Assembly (NCBI GenBank): GCA_036298405.1
Contig: JAXJJE010000338.1
Location: 1 to 39,283, forward strand
Origin: Acutalibacteraceae bacterium
GTDB lineage: Bacteria; Bacillota; Clostridia; Oscillospirales; Acutalibacteraceae
Direction: 5' to 3'
Length of the DNA: 39,283 bases
The position numbers and the translations under genes are program-made. Shown piece by piece: positions 36,325 through 39,283 of this stretch. The stretch's first letter is position 1. The number at the start of each line of letters is the position of its first letter. The notes beneath the pieces were generated by a model, which was not told the origin of the DNA, made no database searches, and was given only the letters and a program-made list of their open reading frames with translations.

Positions 36325-38079
36325 TTATTCTGCAGTTGTAGCAGCTTCAGTTGGTACTTCTATAGTGCTACTACCTGACATAATTTCAAATTTTTCGATT
36401 TCATCCTCAGTATCCACAAGATTTGTAAGCTGAAGTGTAAAGTTAAATGCTTCTTTCTCTCCACCGTCACCTCTGTTAAGGTTAATCTCTTCCTCTACCT
36501 CAAAGAATCCATTTGCTCCAAGTCTTTCTTTAAGCTGAAGATAATTGATAAAGGTGTTGATTTTACCAGTCATAGGTATTGAAATTGTAGGACCATCTTC
36601 ACCCTCTGTGTACGATGTAGAATAGCTCTTAATCTCTGTAACACCATCGTATTTTACTACCTGTGCTTTAGCCTCTTCGATAGTATCTACAACTGAAAGT
36701 GGACAATCTGGCAATTTACCCTGATCCTTAATTAAATCCTCAAGATTTTGCTTTGCTTTTTGCTGTCTAGCACGCAATTCCTTTGCCTCTACATATTTTT
36801 TCTCAGCCAAGGTATTCTCGTCCATCTTAGCCTGAATGTTCAAGAAAGCAAAATAACCACCAGACACAAGCATACTGGCACCTGCTGCAATTGCAAAAAT
36901 TACAGTAGCAGTTTTACCGATATTCAATGACTTCTCTTTTAGCGGCTGTAAACCAACCATCAGGTTGTTCTTATACTTATCACCACAGTTCATCAAATTG
37001 TTGAATAGTATAAAGCTACCTGTTTTAAAGCCACTATCACGAGCATCAATATCAAGCTCTGGTAATGCCATTTTTGTATTAAATTGGTCAGTAATTACCT
37101 CAATCTCTTTACTTACACCAATTATTTTCAAAGATCCCGCTACTTTTGGGAAGAAGCCAACATAGTCACTTAATACAGCCTGTTCTATTGTTAAGCCTAA
37201 GCTCATTGCAACAATGTTTATGTTATGTACAATATCGGCAACCATATCAGCTCTTAAATCTTCAATTCTACGCATTGCTGCAGGTGAATTGTAGTTATAG
37301 TCAGAAGCAAGACCATACTGCTTAATATACTCAAGTGCTTCTGGAATAGTAAGCTGTCTATCCTGTGCTACAATATCTATAGCCTCTACTATTGGAGAGT
37401 GGAATGTATGGCAATAAAGTGGCAATGAATCTCTTATAATTGCAACTCTGATTGCTGTATAGTCCATAGATATATAGCATACAGTTTTGTTGTAGCTATA
37501 TACAACCTCTCTTGCAACCTTTAATAATGGAATTTCTGCTGGAGTAATCTTTAGTAGAGTTAAGCCCATCTCAGAAAATCTCTTTGAAAGCTCTGTTGTT
37601 AAATTTTTTGGAATACCAAATGTTTTAGATGTAAGCTCTGGTACCTCTTTAGCTGGTGTACCATATGTTGTTGTGATTACAGAGAAATCCTTTGCATCAT
37701 CTTGTAGCACCTCTTTAAGAGCGTTAACTGCAAGAGTGTTTAGCATTTTCTTTTTACATCTTACATGCTGGAACTCGGCAGATACAAGGTCAAATTCTTC
37801 TACAAGTAGAATAACCTCTTTAACCTCTGGTCTTTTCATCTCTCTGATACCGTCGTGTACCATTGTTGCAAATGCCTTTGGAACTTCCCATAGTGTGCTT
37901 TTACCATCCATATATTCCTTATTTAAAGGCTTAATATATGGTGCAGTAAAACGATAGGATAAGTCGGCTGTTGCCTCCTTTTTCTGTTCTTTAGTATTTT
38001 GCAAAATCGGCTCACAACAGGTAATAGATAAATAATCCTTAGTTACCTGAACAATTGCTGTTTTCAAAAATAACACCAC
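36325..38079 (-). CDS. PilM-PilN fusion-like protein
   Basis: Actin-like PilM pattern (CYISMDYTAIRVAII), then NNLM and a TM helix, coiled coil and PilN-like C-domain; first gene of the pil assembly operon. Start codon uncertain (GTG 38079 or 38076). Confidence 0.72.
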   Translation of the reverse strand: MVLFLKTAIVQVTKDYLSITCCEPILQNTKEQKKEATADLSYRFTAPYIKPLNKEYMDGKSTLWEVPKAFATMVHDGIREMKRPEVKEVILLVEEFDLVSAEFQHVRCKKKMLNTLAVNALKEVLQDDAKDFSVITTTYGTPAKEVPELTSKTFGIPKNLTTELSKRFSEMGLTLLKITPAEIPLLKVAREVVYSYNKTVCYISMDYTAIRVAIIRDSLPLYCHTFHSPIVEAIDIVAQDRQLTIPEALEYIKQYGLASDYNYNSPAAMRRIEDLRADMVADIVHNINIVAMSLGLTIEQAVLSDYVGFFPKVAGSLKIIGVSKEIEVITDQFNTKMALPELDIDARDSGFKTGSFILFNNLMNCGDKYKNNLMVGLQPLKEKSLNIGKTATVIFAIAAGASMLVSGGYFAFLNIQAKMDENTLAEKKYVEAKELRARQQKAKQNLEDLIKDQGKLPDCPLSVVDTIEEAKAQVVKYDGVTEIKSYSTSYTEGEDGPTISIPMTGKINTFINYLQLKERLGANGFFEVEEEINLNRGDGGEKEAFNFTLQLTNLVDTEDEIEKFEIMSGSSTIEVPTEAATTAE

Positions 38080-38195
38080 CTATTGTTTATTTTAATAATT
38101 TTTTATATTTATAAATAAAGGATTGTTAAGCTTTTATATTCAAGCTTACTCCTCATTATATACTTGTTTAATAATAGATTTATGTGTAAAAAACC

Positions 38196-38224
38196 ATTAT
38201 AACACACATTATTAATAAATGCAA
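38196..38224 (-). promoter_or_regulatory. Sigma-A-type promoter of the pilMN-O-D-B-T-C operon
   Basis: Minus strand TTGCAT-N17-TATAAT with TGTG extended -10. Confidence 0.65.
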
Positions 38225-38242
38225 ATTTTATTTATAAAATGC

Positions 38243-38269
38243 GTAAGGCTCGCAATGTGCGAGCCTTAC
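38243..38269 (-). terminator. Terminator of the intergenic non-coding unit
   Basis: GTAAGGCTCGCA / TGCGAGCCTTAC 12-bp perfect stem, followed by GCATTTT on the minus strand. Confidence 0.75.
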
Positions 38270-38277
38270 TTATTTTA

Positions 38278-38331
38278 AATTACAGAAAATTCAAAATAAA
38301 TTTGATTAACAAATTTAAGATAAGTCAGCTA
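38278..38331 (-). repeat. 54-bp direct repeat, copy B
   Basis: 43/54 ungapped identity to 38737-38790 by manual alignment. Confidence 0.8.
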
Positions 38332-38675
38332 TTGGTGTTATACTGCCCTATTCCAGTTTAACAAAATTTGTAATTATTTGTAATTATATGTGCCATTTCA
38401 ACATTCTTTTCGCTAACAACGTACATTACCAATATACTTTATGTATCCTTGTTCTAAGCAGTAGCAATTTCGTTACCATGGCAAAAGCTAAGTATTACAC
38501 AAACCTTTACTGCAAAATCAGCGTAACACCCCATTACACACTGTATTATACCACATAACCACTAAATAATAAATGCACTATTTGTTAAAAAATCGAAAGC
38601 CATATTTATACATTTTGCACGTAATTTAATACAAAACATTCTCTATATCAAGCTTATTTTATATTGTATAAAAAC

Positions 38676-38720
38676 AACACCCATAGCTTACAATCATTCT
38701 CGATATAAGCTATGGGTGTT
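38676..38720 (-). terminator. Intrinsic terminator of pilA
   Basis: AACACCCATAGCTTA / TAAGCTATGGGTGTT 15-bp stem followed by GTTTTT on the minus strand. Confidence 0.85.
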
Positions 38721-38736
38721 AATAGTCGTTTGATTT

Positions 38737-38790
38737 AATTACGGAAAATTAAAAATAAATCTGCTATGTAAGCTTAAGATAAGTTAGCTA
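38737..38790 (-). repeat. 54-bp direct repeat, copy A (pilA 3' UTR)
   Basis: Between the pilA stop and its terminator; matches 38278-38331. Confidence 0.8.
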
Positions 38791-38807
38791 ATCTGTAAAC
38801 CCTATAA

Positions 38808-39283
38808 TTATAGGTTATCAACAGCTACGCTATCTGTAATTGCACCAGCTGCTGCAAGCTTCTGGAAAGATGATGGAACTGCACTACCATCAAGAGTTTT
38901 ATAAGAAGCTGCATCTGTACCTGTCATAAAGAAGCACTTATCGTCAGTTTTGTCCCAGTATGGATCATAGTCAGCACCATTGTATGTAACTGTCTTGAAA
39001 GCATCGTTAATAGCCTTTACCTTTGCTACGTGCTTAACCTGAATCTCACCATGCTTAGTTGCAGCATTAGGAATAACCTCACTACCTTCAAAAATTGTAG
39101 TACCATTGTAAACTTCAGTATTCTTTGCAGCGATGTCAGCCTGACACTCCTTGATAGCTAGCTCGATTGTCTCTGCGTTTGATAGAGCACCGTTCTTTGA
39201 TGCTGTGTTGATGATTGAGTTAACAACTGGAATTGCGATAGCAGCTAGAATAGCTAGGATAGCAATAACGATTACTAGCTCAA
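38808..39283 (-). CDS. pilA: Major type IV pilin (5' end outside window; not in ORF track)
   Basis: Minus-strand frame reads ELVIVIAILAILAAIAIPVVNSIINTASKNG...DSVAVDNL-stop (157 codons), the pilin N-terminal helix from Glu5. It has its own terminator and codon usage like icd. Confidence 0.9.
   Translation of the reverse strand, partial: ELVIVIAILAILAAIAIPVVNSIINTASKNGALSNAETIELAIKECQADIAAKNTEVYNGTTIFEGSEVIPNAATKHGEIQVKHVAKVKAINDAFKTVTYNGADYDPYWDKTDDKCFFMTGTDAASYKTLDGSAVPSSFQKLAAAGAITDSVAVDNL

Larger units (their letters stand above)
38240..38539 (-). ncRNA. Candidate structured ncRNA (copy 2), family unassigned
   Basis: TGTGGTATAAT extended -10 at 38545-38555, own terminator, no ORF with an RBS, motifs and fold shared with copy 1. 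Confidence 0.55.

Noticed and set aside
625..37957. The many short (about 60-140 aa) ORFs in the track that overlap long genes, antisense or out of frame
   Set aside because: They are shadows of well-supported genes, with no recognisable motifs.
23872..38555. Idea that the two ncRNA candidates are guide-RNA scaffolds, since TTGAAA resembles CRISPR repeat ends
   Set aside because: Conservation continues past TTGAAA, and no Cas, TnpB or IscB gene is in the window, so nothing here supports it.
38080..38800. Possible c-di-GMP riboswitch in the pil locus, as in Clostridioides difficile
   Set aside because: No class I (GGCAAA...GACGCAAAG) or class II consensus seen; the region upstream of pilA is outside the window.

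Overview
Low-GC chromosomal window from a Gram-positive gut/rumen anaerobe, most likely a Ruminococcus bromii-like, amylolytic, dockerin-using member of the Oscillospirales (inferred from gene content only). It carries housekeeping genes (icd, tatD, two cysteine synthases, trkAH) interleaved with many surface-structure genes: a BspA-type LRR-dockerin protein, a sortase-assembled pilus operon whose tip protein carries starch-binding-type modules, a membrane-anchored cohesin-like protein, a second dockerin protein, a wall-anchored GH13 amylase and a type IV pilus locus (pilA truncated by the window edge, pilMN, pilO, pilD, pilB, pilT, pilC, three pilin-like genes). Features missing from the ORF track are a spoVM-like peptide gene, a 48-aa membrane peptide and the major pilin. 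The most unusual signal is non-coding. Two stand-alone minus-strand promoter-to-terminator units 14 kb apart (about 23.9-24.15 kb and 38.24-38.54 kb) lack convincing ORFs, share three ordered sequence motifs and fold by eye into the same three-way-junction architecture with different stem sequences, suggesting a structured ncRNA family I cannot name. The second unit also carries a 54-bp copy (43/54 identical) of the pilA 3' UTR. No CRISPR array, tRNA, rRNA, integrase or transposase was seen.
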